Positions 43,602-53,058 of a stretch of DNA of 64,000 nucleotides are shown here, piece after piece. How positions within the stretch are numbered: the stretch's first letter is position 1; every line of letters starts with the position of its first letter. Below the pieces are notes generated by a model, which worked only from the letters and a program-made list of their open reading frames with translations, did not search any database and had not been told where the DNA came from. The stretch comes from an uncultured Candidatus Binatia bacterium (GTDB lineage: Bacteria; Desulfobacterota; Binatia; UBA9968; JAJDTQ01). The stretch covers positions 3,040,001 through 3,104,000 of the forward strand of contig OZ243916.1 of assembly GCA_965213675.1 (NCBI GenBank), read 5' to 3'. The position numbers and the translations under genes were made by a program.

Positions 43602-44738
43602 ATGAGCGAGGTTTCCGGCGCTACGGGCCTGCATACCGAAGACATGACCCTGAACGTGGGGCCGCAACACCCGAGCACCCACGGGGTGCTTCGGTTCGTG
43701 GTCAAGACCGACGGCGAGGTCATCAACGAGGCCATCCCGGACGTCGGCTACCTGCACCGCTCCATCGAGAAGATCGGCGAGAAGTGTACGTGGCACGGCT
43801 ACGTTCCGTACACCGACCGGGCCGACTATCTCGCGGCCATGTTCGCCAACCAGGGTTTCTGCATGGCCGCGGAGCGGCTGGCCGGCGTCGAGGTGCCGCC
43901 GCGCGGCGAGTACTGCCGCGTCATCGCGTGCGAGCTCAACCGCGTGGCCAGCCACCTGATCGCGGTGGGCACGTTCGGCCAGGACATTGGCGCCATCACG
44001 CCGTTCCTGCACGCGCTGCGCGAGCGCGAGACCATCAACGACCTCATGGAAGAGATCTGCGGCGCGCGCCTCACCTACAACTACCTGCGCATCGGCGGCG
44101 TCGGCTACGACATCAAGCCCGAGACCTGTACCCGCATCGCCGCGTTCCTGGATCACTTCGAGCCCATCGTCGACGAGTACAACCGGCTCCTGTCCAACAA
44201 CAAGATATTCATCGAGCGGCTGGCCCACGTCGCGGTGATCTCCAAGGAGGACGCCCTTCAGTACAATCTGGTGGGACCGAACCTGCGGGCGTCCGGGGTG
44301 CAGTGGGACATCCGCCGGGACATTCCCTACTCGGTGTATCCCGAACTCGACTTCGAGGTGCCGGTGGGCCGGGGCGAGCGCGGCACCCAGGGCGATTCCT
44401 ACGACCGCTACCACGTGCGCATCCGGGAGTTGCTGGAAAGCTGCAAGATCCTGCGCCAGTGCCTGGACAAGATGCCCGAAGGCCCGGCCGTCGCCAAGGT
44501 CGCGCGCAAGTTCCGGCCTCCCGCGGGCGAGACCTACGTTCGCATCGAGGCGCCGCGCGGGGACATGGGCTACTACGTCGTGAGCGACGGCAGCGAATAT
44601 CCCTACCGGGTGCGCATCCGCACGGGCTCCTTCACCGCCATGAGCATCATCGACAAGATCAGTCCGGGCATCATGGTCGCCGATCTCATCGCGCTGATCG
44701 CCAGCCTGGACGTGGACGCTCCCGAGATCGACCGGTAA
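43602..44738 (+). CDS. nuoD: NADH-quinone oxidoreductase subunit D
   Basis: [31 protein letters not shown] and EIDR motifs; no NiFe CxxC motifs. Confidence 0.96.
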   Translation: MSEVSGATGLHTEDMTLNVGPQHPSTHGVLRFVVKTDGEVINEAIPDVGYLHRSIEKIGEKCTWHGYVPYTDRADYLAAMFANQGFCMAAERLAGVEVPPRGEYCRVIACELNRVASHLIAVGTFGQDIGAITPFLHALRERETINDLMEEICGARLTYNYLRIGGVGYDIKPETCTRIAAFLDHFEPIVDEYNRLLSNNKIFIERLAHVAVISKEDALQYNLVGPNLRASGVQWDIRRDIPYSVYPELDFEVPVGRGERGTQGDSYDRYHVRIRELLESCKILRQCLDKMPEGPAVAKVARKFRPPAGETYVRIEAPRGDMGYYVVSDGSEYPYRVRIRTGSFTAMSIIDKISPGIMVADLIALIASLDVDAPEIDR

Positions 44739-44754
44739 CACCGAGGCCACAGAG

Positions 44755-45960
44755 ATGGAATCCACCGTTCAAGACCTGATTCAGGCATGGCTGCCGGGGG
44801 CCATCCCGGTCCCCGTGGGCTATGCTCTGGCGGCGATCCTGGTGGCCTTCGCCGTGCTGTCGCTCTTCGTGGCGCCGCTGGCCGGGGTGACGAGTTGGCT
44901 GGAACGGCGCGTGTGGGCGCGCATGCAGTCGCGGGTCGGTCCTAACCGGGTTGGGCCGCAGGGCATCCTCCAGTGGCTCGCCGACGGCGTCAAGAACATT
45001 CAGAAAGAGGACATCATCCCGGCGGCGGCTGACAGAAAGCTCTTCCTGCTGGCGCCATATATCGTCTTCTCCGGGTTTCTCGGCGCCTTCGTGGTGATCC
45101 CCTTCAGCAGTTGGCTGATCCCCGCGGACTTGAACATCGGCATTCTCTACCTGCTGGCCATCACCTCGCTGGTGGTGGTGGGCATCCTGATGGCGGGCTG
45201 GTCCTCCAACAACAAGTGGTCGCTCCTGGGGGGCATGCGCTCGGCCGCGCAGATCGTCAGCTACGAGATCCCGGCGGGGCTGGCGGTGCTGACGGTGATC
45301 TTCCTGTCCGGCACGCTCAGCATGCAGGGAATCATTCAGGAGCAGGGCTGGGCGCCGCTGGACTGGTTCATCTTCTACAACCCGTTCACCCTTGTGGCCT
45401 TTCTCATGTTCTTCATCTCGGCGCTGGCCGAGGGGAACCGCACCCCCTTCGACATTCCCGAGGCCGAATCGGAACTGGTGGCCGGATACGTCACCGAGTA
45501 CAGCGGCATGCGCTTCCTGTTCTTCTTCTTCGCGGAGTGGGGTAACCTGTACGTCATCGGCGCCATCGTCACGACCCTGTTCCTGGGCGGCTGGCAGATT
45601 CCCGCGACGCTTTTCGACGTGACCATGGCCGAGCATCCCGTGGCCAAGGGTGTGGCGGAGTTCACCGTGTTCTTCGTCAAGTCGTATCTGTGGGTCCTGG
45701 TGGCCATGTGGATACGCGGCACCTTGCCGCGGGTGCGGGTGGATCAACTCATGGCCATGTGCTGGAAGTACATGGTGCCCATCGCGTTCGTGTGCCTGTT
45801 CGGCACCATCTCGTTGCTGGTGATCTGGCCCGAGGGGAATCCCACGCTGAATACGGTGACACTGGGCTTCTCGTGCCTCGTCATCGTCTATTTCATGTGG
45901 CGAGTCGTCTATCAGATCATTCACGCGCGCCCCGAGCTTTACCTGAAGCCGTATGTCTAG
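44755..45960 (+). CDS. nuoH: NADH-quinone oxidoreductase subunit H
   Basis: RVGPNRVG, AQIVSYE and NRTPFDIPEAESELVAGY motifs. Confidence 0.96.
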   Translation: MESTVQDLIQAWLPGAIPVPVGYALAAILVAFAVLSLFVAPLAGVTSWLERRVWARMQSRVGPNRVGPQGILQWLADGVKNIQKEDIIPAAADRKLFLLAPYIVFSGFLGAFVVIPFSSWLIPADLNIGILYLLAITSLVVVGILMAGWSSNNKWSLLGGMRSAAQIVSYEIPAGLAVLTVIFLSGTLSMQGIIQEQGWAPLDWFIFYNPFTLVAFLMFFISALAEGNRTPFDIPEAESELVAGYVTEYSGMRFLFFFFAEWGNLYVIGAIVTTLFLGGWQIPATLFDVTMAEHPVAKGVAEFTVFFVKSYLWVLVAMWIRGTLPRVRVDQLMAMCWKYMVPIAFVCLFGTISLLVIWPEGNPTLNTVTLGFSCLVIVYFMWRVVYQIIHARPELYLKPYV

Positions 45961-46117
45961 TCGGGCGTTGGGAATACACGTTGACGAACCACGTTGACGC
46001 ACATGCGGGTACTTTTCGCCGTTGGCCGGGTTGCTGGGGCCCGCATGCTGCCCGTTATCGGGCCGTCCCAATGACCAAGACGCCCGCGCATCACTTGTTT
46101 CGCAAACGCAATACCAG
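45957..46117. mobile_element. Decayed copy 4 of the 165-bp element (arm type B), overlapping the nuoH stop
   Basis: CTAGTCGGGCGTTGGGAATACACGTTGACGAA ... AACGCAATACCAG resembles copy 3 ends; internal GCGGGTACTTTTCGCCGTTGGCCGGGTTGCT resembles the copy 2 core flank. Confidence 0.6.
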
Positions 46118-46141
46118 GGAGCGCCAACGCGGGGAGACGTC

Positions 46142-46681
46142 ATGAGCGCAGTCACCACATACTTCCAGAACATCAAGGAGACCGTGAACAGCATCTTCGA
46201 GGGCATGTCCATCACGTTCTCGCACTTCGTGCGCAAGCCTTCGACGGTGCAGTATCCGGACCGCCTCCTGCAGCAGGTGCAGGACACCCTGCCCTTGCGC
46301 TACCGCGGCATACTCGAGGTCGACATGGACATCTGCACCGGGTGCCTGGCGTGCGAGCGGGTGTGTCCGATCAACTGCATCGCCATCGGCATCGAGCGGA
46401 ACACGGAAACGAATCAGCGCGACTTCACGCAGTTTGACATCGACATATGCAAGTGCATGTATTGTGGGCTGTGCATGGAGGCCTGTCCCACGGGATCCAT
46501 TCGCCACACGCAAGAGTTCGAGGGCGCCTGCAACAATCCCGCCGGTCTGGTGCGCCATTTCGTGACCGAGACGGTGCCTCTGTACAAGCCGAAGAAGGGC
46601 GGCGAGACGGAAACCCGAATGGTTCAGAAGGTGGATATCGGAAAGAGGTACATGGGCGAGATCGCCGAACCGGAGAACTGA
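46142..46681 (+). CDS. nuoI: NADH-quinone oxidoreductase subunit I (2x[4Fe-4S])
   Basis: CTGCLACERVCP and CMYCGLCMEACP motifs. Confidence 0.95.
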   Translation: MSAVTTYFQNIKETVNSIFEGMSITFSHFVRKPSTVQYPDRLLQQVQDTLPLRYRGILEVDMDICTGCLACERVCPINCIAIGIERNTETNQRDFTQFDIDICKCMYCGLCMEACPTGSIRHTQEFEGACNNPAGLVRHFVTETVPLYKPKKGGETETRMVQKVDIGKRYMGEIAEPEN

Positions 46682-46835
46682 CGGGCCGGCGGTCGCTCTG
46701 GACACGACACCAGGCTTGATTGCCGGACAGCCCGCTGTTCCTGCCGCCTTGGTGCACACCCTGCCGGTCCGATTCGTTTGAGGAGGATCGGCCGACCTCC
46801 CATCAAGAGGCTGCCATCAAAAGGCTGGTTTGATC

Positions 46836-47342
46836 ATGGAGATTCCCATAAGCGTCCTCGTATTTTATCTGGTTGCCTTGGTGGTGGTGGGATCCGCGTG
46901 CATCGTGGCTTTCTCCCGCAACATCGTGCACTCGGCCTTCTCGTTGCTGGGCACCTTCGGCGGGGTGGCCGCACTCTACGTATTCCTGGGCGCGGATTTC
47001 GTGGCCGCGGTGCAGGTGTTGATCTACGTGGGCGGCATTCTGGTGCTGATCCTGTTCGCGGTGATGCTGACGCACCGGATCAGCGACATCGACATCACCA
47101 ACCGGACCGTGGGTCGCATCCCCGGACTGGTGGCGGGCGCGGTTTTCCTGGGCATCCTGGTCTACGCCATCGCCGGAACGGATTGGGTGAAGGTCGGAGA
47201 AGTGACCTTCGAGCCCACCACGAGTGTCATCGGCAACGCCTTCCTGGGCGAGTACCTGCTGCCGTTCCAGATCGCCGCGGTGGTGCTGCTGGTGGCCCTC
47301 ATCGGCGCCATCACGCTGTCGCGCAAGGAAATCAAGGAATAG
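46836..47342 (+). CDS. nuoJ: NADH-quinone oxidoreductase subunit J
   Basis: ADFVAAVQVLIYVGGILVL.LFAVML motif. Confidence 0.94.
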   Translation: MEIPISVLVFYLVALVVVGSACIVAFSRNIVHSAFSLLGTFGGVAALYVFLGADFVAAVQVLIYVGGILVLILFAVMLTHRISDIDITNRTVGRIPGLVAGAVFLGILVYAIAGTDWVKVGEVTFEPTTSVIGNAFLGEYLLPFQIAAVVLLVALIGAITLSRKEIKE

Positions 47343-47369
47343 AGTTTCCAAGGAACAGAGTTTCGCGAG

Positions 47370-47702
47370 ATGGCTGAATACGTTGCATTGCTGGCGGACG
47401 TCGGACTGAAGCACTACCTGGTGGTGGCGGGCATCCTGTTCGCTCTCGGCATCTACATCATTCTCACTCGGCGCAATGCCATCAGCATTCTGCTGGGTGT
47501 GGAACTCATCCTCAACTCCGCGGGCCTGAACTACGTGGCGTTCTCGCACTTCAGCACCGGGCAGGTGGACGGGCAGATCTACACGATCTTCATCATCATG
47601 CTGGCCGCTTCGGAAGCCGCCATCGGTCTGGCCATCGTTCTCGCCATCTACCAGCTCTTCAGCACCATCGACGTCGAGGCCACCGAGACACTCAAGGATT
47701 AG
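47370..47702 (+). CDS. nuoK: NADH-quinone oxidoreductase subunit K
   Basis: ELILNS and AASEAAIGLAI motifs. Confidence 0.95.
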   Translation: MAEYVALLADVGLKHYLVVAGILFALGIYIILTRRNAISILLGVELILNSAGLNYVAFSHFSTGQVDGQIYTIFIIMLAASEAAIGLAIVLAIYQLFSTIDVEATETLKD

Positions 47703-47754
47703 CCCGTGTCCTGTCCCATCGCCTCCGCCGTCGCGATCACGAGTTAGCCGCGCC

Positions 47755-49788
47755 ATGGATCAACCCGTTCAAACCGATTTTCTGCGCTGGATCGTGCTGT
47801 TTCCACTGCTCGGGGCCGCGGTGAACGGCCTGCTGGGCGCCCGCATTCAGGATCAATGGGGCAAGCGCGTGGTGGCGGTCATCGCGTGCGCTCCGGTGAC
47901 GCTGTCGTTCCTGTTCTCGCTGTGGGCGTTCGGCCGGCTGCTTGCGCTTCCGGCCAAGGAGCGTTTCCTCATCGACGCGTTCTACACCTGGATTCCCATG
48001 GGCTCGTTCAGCGTGGACGTGGCCTTCTGGGTGGACCCGCTTTCGGCCATCATGATCCTGGTGGTGAGCGGCATCGGCGGTCTGATCCACTTCTATTCCA
48101 TCGGCTACATGCACGAGGACCGCTCCCTGTGGCGCTACTTCGCCTATCTGAACCTGTTCACCTTCTCCATGCTGCTGCTGGTGACGGGCGACAACCTGCT
48201 GCTCATGTTCGTGGGCTGGGAGGGGGTCGGGCTGTGTTCCTGGGCGCTCATCGGCTTTTGGTACAACGACCACACCAACACCCGCGCCGGCAACAAGGCC
48301 TTCATCGTCAACCGGGTCGGCGATTTCGGCTTCGTCCTGGGCATCTTCCTGCTTTACTGGACCTTGGCCGGGCAGGGCCAGGGGACCCTGGCGTTCCGCG
48401 AGATCCAGGAGCACGTGGGCCTGCTGGCGGGCATGGAGCTCTGGGGCGTCGGCGTGGCGACGCTGGTGACCTTCCTGTTGTTCATCGGCGCCACCGGCAA
48501 GTCGGCGCAGATTCCGCTCTACGTGTGGTTGCCCGACGCCATGCAGGGCCCCACTCCGGTGAGCGCGCTGATCCACGCCGCCACCATGGTGACGGCCGGG
48601 GTCTACATGATCGCGCGCCTCAACGTGCTGTTCTCGGCAGCCCCGGCGACCCTGGCGCTCATCGCCGTCGTCGGCGCCGCCACCGCGCTGTTCGCCGCCA
48701 CCATCGCGGTGACCCAGAACGACATCAAGCGGGTGCTGGCCTACTCCACCATCAGCCAGCTCGGCTACATGTTCCTGGCCATGGGCGTGGCCGCCTACAC
48801 CGCCGGCGTCTTCCACCTGCTCACCCACGCGTTCTTCAAGGCGTGCCTGTTCCTGGGCTCCGGGAGCATCATTCACGCCATGCAGGGGGAGCAGGACATG
48901 CGGCAGATGGGCGGCCTGCGCACGGCCATGCCGGCAACCTTCTGGACCTTTACCATCGGCGTCCTGGCCATCGCCGGTACGCCCTTCCTTGCCGGCTTCT
49001 TCTCCAAGGACGCGATCCTGTGGCAGGCGTGGGCGAGCCACAACCAGGTACTGTGGGGCGTGGCCGTGTTCGTCGCGGGTCTCACCGCCTTCTACATGTT
49101 CCGCCAGTTCTTCATGGTGTTCTTCGGCGAATGCCGCGCCGACCACCACGTGCGGGATCACCTGCACGAGTCGCCCAGGATCATGACGTATCCGTTGTGG
49201 ATCCTCGCCGGCGGCTCGGTGGTGGTGGGTTATATCGGGCTGCCCCCCTTCATGGGGGTGAACCTGCTCGACGGCTGGCTCGACCCGGTAATCCATCTGC
49301 CGCACGGAGAACACCATTCCGTGGCGGAAGAGGTGGGCGTCATGGGCGTGTCCATCGCCGCGGCGGGCGCGGGCGTAGCCATTGCCTGGTTTCTGTATTA
49401 CCTGCGCACCCCATCCCGGGACGATTCCCCCGAAGCCAAGGGCGTCGCCTACCGCCTGCTGTACAACAAGTACTACGTGGACGAGGTCTATCAGTTCGTC
49501 TTCGTGGGCGGCACCCTGCTGCTGGCGCGGATCGGGGCGGCGTTCGACAGATACGTCATCGACACCATCGTGGACGGATCAGCCAAGGTCACCATCATCG
49601 TCTCCTGGTTCAACGGCCTGTTCGACAGATACGTCATCGACATGCTGGTCAACGCCGTGGCCAACGTGACCTTCGCAGTGGGCAACAACTTCCGCCGGGT
49701 TCAGACGGGGAACATCAACAGCTACCTCTACGTCGTGGTGGGAGCCGTGGTGGTCGCCCTGATCGTCAAGCTGCGCTACTGGAGCTGA
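47755..49788 (+). CDS. nuoL: NADH-quinone oxidoreductase subunit L
   Basis: GKSAQIPLYVWLPDAMQGPTPVSALIHAATMVTAG and THAFFKA motifs. Confidence 0.97.
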   Translation: MDQPVQTDFLRWIVLFPLLGAAVNGLLGARIQDQWGKRVVAVIACAPVTLSFLFSLWAFGRLLALPAKERFLIDAFYTWIPMGSFSVDVAFWVDPLSAIMILVVSGIGGLIHFYSIGYMHEDRSLWRYFAYLNLFTFSMLLLVTGDNLLLMFVGWEGVGLCSWALIGFWYNDHTNTRAGNKAFIVNRVGDFGFVLGIFLLYWTLAGQGQGTLAFREIQEHVGLLAGMELWGVGVATLVTFLLFIGATGKSAQIPLYVWLPDAMQGPTPVSALIHAATMVTAGVYMIARLNVLFSAAPATLALIAVVGAATALFAATIAVTQNDIKRVLAYSTISQLGYMFLAMGVAAYTAGVFHLLTHAFFKACLFLGSGSIIHAMQGEQDMRQMGGLRTAMPATFWTFTIGVLAIAGTPFLAGFFSKDAILWQAWASHNQVLWGVAVFVAGLTAFYMFRQFFMVFFGECRADHHVRDHLHESPRIMTYPLWILAGGSVVVGYIGLPPFMGVNLLDGWLDPVIHLPHGEHHSVAEEVGVMGVSIAAAGAGVAIAWFLYYLRTPSRDDSPEAKGVAYRLLYNKYYVDEVYQFVFVGGTLLLARIGAAFDRYVIDTIVDGSAKVTIIVSWFNGLFDRYVIDMLVNAVANVTFAVGNNFRRVQTGNINSYLYVVVGAVVVALIVKLRYWS

Positions 49789-49836
49789 GGGAAGCGCGGC
49801 GGCGCCCGGAGCTGATTCAGAAGGAGAGACGCGAAA

Positions 49837-51357
49837 ATGACCGAACACGTGCTGAGCTACATGGTCTTCTTCCCCTTGGCCGGGATGTTGATCGTGCTGT
49901 GCCTGCCCAGGGATCGCCACGATCTCATTCGCTGGGTTTCGGCCGCGGCCACGGTGCCGCCGCTCCTTCTGGGGATCTGGCTCTACGCCAACTTCGATAC
50001 CACCACCACCGACATGCAGTTCGTGGAGCGGGCCGAATGGATCCCGGCGTTCAACATCAATTACTACGTGGGCGTGGACGGCCTCAGCGTCTCCATGTTG
50101 CTGCTCACCGCGCTGCTGTCCTTTCTCTGCATCTTCGCGTCCTGGGGCATCGACAAGGGGGTCAAGGGTTACTTCGCGTTGTTCCTGCTGCTGGACACCG
50201 GCATGACCGGGGTGTTCGTGGCGCTGGATTTCGTGCTCTTCTACGTTTTCTGGGAAGTCATGCTGCTTCCCATGTACTTCCTCATCGGCATCTGGGGCGG
50301 CCCGCGCAAGGAGTACGCCGCCATCAAGTTCTTCCTCTACACGCTGCTGGGCAGCGTGCTCATGCTGGTGGCGATTCTGGCGCTGTACTTCTACTCCGAG
50401 CCCCACACCTTCGCCATGACCGAGCTCATGGACCGGAGCAGCCTCTACAGCACCGAGCCGCTGGCCATGTGGCCCTTCAACGTCTGGGGCTGGGGCTTCC
50501 AGCACGTGGTGTGGATGGGCTTGTTCATCGGCTTCGCCATCAAGATTCCGGCATTCCCGTTCCACACCTGGCTACCCGATGCCCACGTGGAGGCGCCCAC
50601 CGCCATCTCGGTGATCCTGGCGGGCATTCTCCTGAAGATGGGCACCTACGGCATCCTGCGCATCAACTACCCGATGCTGCCGGCGGCCACCGCCGACCTG
50701 GCGTTCTGGTTCCTCGCGGCGCTGGGCGCGTGGAACATCGTCTACGGCGGCCTCTGCGCCATGGCCCAGACCGACATGAAGAAGCTCGTGGCCTACTCCA
50801 GCGTCAGCCACATGGGCTACGTCATGCTCGGGATGGCGGCCTTCAACACCCAGGGCATCAACGGCGCGGTGCTGCAGATGTTCAACCATGGCACCATCAC
50901 CGCCATGCTCTTCCTTCTCGTGGGAGTCGTCTACGACCGCGCCCATCACCGGGACATCAACGGCTTCGGCGGGCTGGCCAGCATCATGCCGGTGTACGCC
51001 GGCTTCACCGCGCTGGCCTTCTTCGCCTCCATGGGGCTGCCGGGGCTTTCGGGCTTCGTTTCCGAAGTGCTGGTGCTGCTGGGGGCGTGGCCCAGGTACC
51101 ACGCGCTGACGATCATCGCGGCCCTGGGTATCGTGATTACGGCGGGATACATGCTGTGGATGATGCAGCGGGTCTATCTCGGTCCACTCAATGAGAAGTA
51201 CCGCTCGCTGCCCGAGATCAACGGGCGCGAGATCTTCACGCTGGTTCCGTTGGGCGTCATCGTGGTCATCGTAGGCGTGTACCCCCGAGTGGTGCTGGAC
51301 CTGCTCCAGGTCTCGCTCGACAACATCAACCAGATGGTGATCACGCACCTGTCGTAG
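49837..51357 (+). CDS. nuoM: NADH-quinone oxidoreductase subunit M
   Basis: PFHTWLPDAHVEAP and AYSSVSHMG motifs. Confidence 0.97.
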   Translation: MTEHVLSYMVFFPLAGMLIVLCLPRDRHDLIRWVSAAATVPPLLLGIWLYANFDTTTTDMQFVERAEWIPAFNINYYVGVDGLSVSMLLLTALLSFLCIFASWGIDKGVKGYFALFLLLDTGMTGVFVALDFVLFYVFWEVMLLPMYFLIGIWGGPRKEYAAIKFFLYTLLGSVLMLVAILALYFYSEPHTFAMTELMDRSSLYSTEPLAMWPFNVWGWGFQHVVWMGLFIGFAIKIPAFPFHTWLPDAHVEAPTAISVILAGILLKMGTYGILRINYPMLPAATADLAFWFLAALGAWNIVYGGLCAMAQTDMKKLVAYSSVSHMGYVMLGMAAFNTQGINGAVLQMFNHGTITAMLFLLVGVVYDRAHHRDINGFGGLASIMPVYAGFTALAFFASMGLPGLSGFVSEVLVLLGAWPRYHALTIIAALGIVITAGYMLWMMQRVYLGPLNEKYRSLPEINGREIFTLVPLGVIVVIVGVYPRVVLDLLQVSLDNINQMVITHLS

Positions 51358-51361
51358 CGCC

Positions 51362-52846
51362 ATGGATCCCAGTAACGTCGATAGCCTCAAGCTGTTCCAT
51401 CCGGAGCTCGTCCTGGCGGGGACCATCATCCTGCTGACGATCCTGGACCTGGTGGTGGCCAACAAGCGGCTCATGGCCTACGTGGGCCTGGCCGGATGCC
51501 TCGTCGCCCTGGTGGCCACCTTCGATCTCTACGGCATGGAGCCGCAGCTCCTGTTCCACCGCATGGTGGCGCTGGACAACTTCAGTCTGTTTTTCAAGGT
51601 GATCACCCTGGCGGCGCTGGTGGGCGCCATCTGGATGTCCATCGGCTCCGGCGAGGTGCGCCAGGTGCACCTGGGCGAGTACTACATCGTGCTGCTGACC
51701 TGCGGGTTCGGCATGTTCTTCATGGCCTCGGCCCACAACCTGTTGATGGCGTACCTAGGCCTCGAGCTGGTGAGCCTGACCTCCTATATCCTCACCGGCA
51801 TGCTGCCGCACAACCGGCGCTCGGCGGAGGCCGCGCTCAAGTACCTCATCTACGGCGGCGTCGCCTCCGGCACCATGATCTACGGCATGAGCTGGGTATT
51901 CGGCATGGCCGGCAGCCTCGATTACGCGGCCATCAACACCGCCATGACGGAGACCGGCGGAAACCAGCTCGCCCTGTTCATGGCGTTTGTCTTCATCCTG
52001 GCAGGGTTCGGCTACAAGATGGCTTTCGCGCCCTTCCACATGTGGTCCCCGGATGTGTACCAGGGGGCGCCCACGCCCTTCACCGGGTTCCTCTCGGTGG
52101 CTTCCAACGCCGCCGGCGTGGCCATTCTGATCCGCTTCTTCTACCCCGCGGTGTCCACCTTCAGTCCGGGAGGAGACTGGGCCTTTCAGGCGTTTCCCGC
52201 GCTCCAGTGGACCGACCTGCTGGTGGTTCTCAGCATCGTCACCATGACGTGGGGCAACCTTTCGGCCCTGAACCAGCGCAACGTCAAGCGCCTGCTGGCC
52301 TACTCGGGCATCGCCCACGCCGGCTACATCATGATGGGGCTGGTGGTGCTCGACGACAACGGCCTGAACGCCATGCTGTTCTACGTGGTGGTCTACCTGA
52401 TCATGAATCTGGGCGCCTTCCTGGTGGTCATGATCGTGGCCAATGCCACCGGACGCGAGGACATGGACGCCTGGCGCGGTCTGGCCTGGCGCGGCGCGGC
52501 CTTCCCGGCCGTGTGCATGATGGTGTTCCTCGCCTCCCTCACCGGACTGCCGCCCATGGCGGGTTTCATCGGCAAGCTGCTGCTCCTGGCCGCCATCATC
52601 GAGGGGCAATTCTACGTGCTGGCTGTGGTGGCCATGCTCAACACGGTCATTTCGCTCTACTACTACTGGCGCATCGTCAAGACCATGTTCCTCGACGAGC
52701 CCGCTGCCGAAGACGGCCCGGTGGCCGCCACCGCCAGCGCCATGCCGCTACTCGGCGGCCTCGCGGTGCTGACCGTCGTGTTGGGAGTGTACTGGGGGCC
52801 GCTGCTCGACTACACGAAGAGCTCGCTGAATTTCTTCATGCCATAG
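51362..52846 (+). CDS. nuoN: NADH-quinone oxidoreductase subunit N
   Basis: EAALKY, PFHMWSPDVYQGAP and KRLLAYSGIAHAGY motifs. Confidence 0.97.
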   Translation: MDPSNVDSLKLFHPELVLAGTIILLTILDLVVANKRLMAYVGLAGCLVALVATFDLYGMEPQLLFHRMVALDNFSLFFKVITLAALVGAIWMSIGSGEVRQVHLGEYYIVLLTCGFGMFFMASAHNLLMAYLGLELVSLTSYILTGMLPHNRRSAEAALKYLIYGGVASGTMIYGMSWVFGMAGSLDYAAINTAMTETGGNQLALFMAFVFILAGFGYKMAFAPFHMWSPDVYQGAPTPFTGFLSVASNAAGVAILIRFFYPAVSTFSPGGDWAFQAFPALQWTDLLVVLSIVTMTWGNLSALNQRNVKRLLAYSGIAHAGYIMMGLVVLDDNGLNAMLFYVVVYLIMNLGAFLVVMIVANATGREDMDAWRGLAWRGAAFPAVCMMVFLASLTGLPPMAGFIGKLLLLAAIIEGQFYVLAVVAMLNTVISLYYYWRIVKTMFLDEPAAEDGPVAATASAMPLLGGLAVLTVVLGVYWGPLLDYTKSSLNFFMP

Positions 52847-53058
52847 GTCCACTTCGGGCGGTTTCGTATCCACCGTATCGGCTTTGACCGGCGCACGCTC
52901 CCTCGCGTGTCGGTGACCGGAAACCCGTGTCGTGTCCCGTGACGTGGAGCGCCAGCGAAACGAAGGCGGAGGGCGGCCGAGGGCTGTTCCGCGAGTCGCC
53001 GGGGCGACCAAGGGAATCCGTCCCGTGGACCCCCGAGCCGACCCGGCGCGCGTCTTGT

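Noticed and set aside
43602-44738. Group 4 NiFe-hydrogenase large subunit
   Set aside because: Lacks both CxxC nickel-binding motifs and has NuoD quinone-site residues
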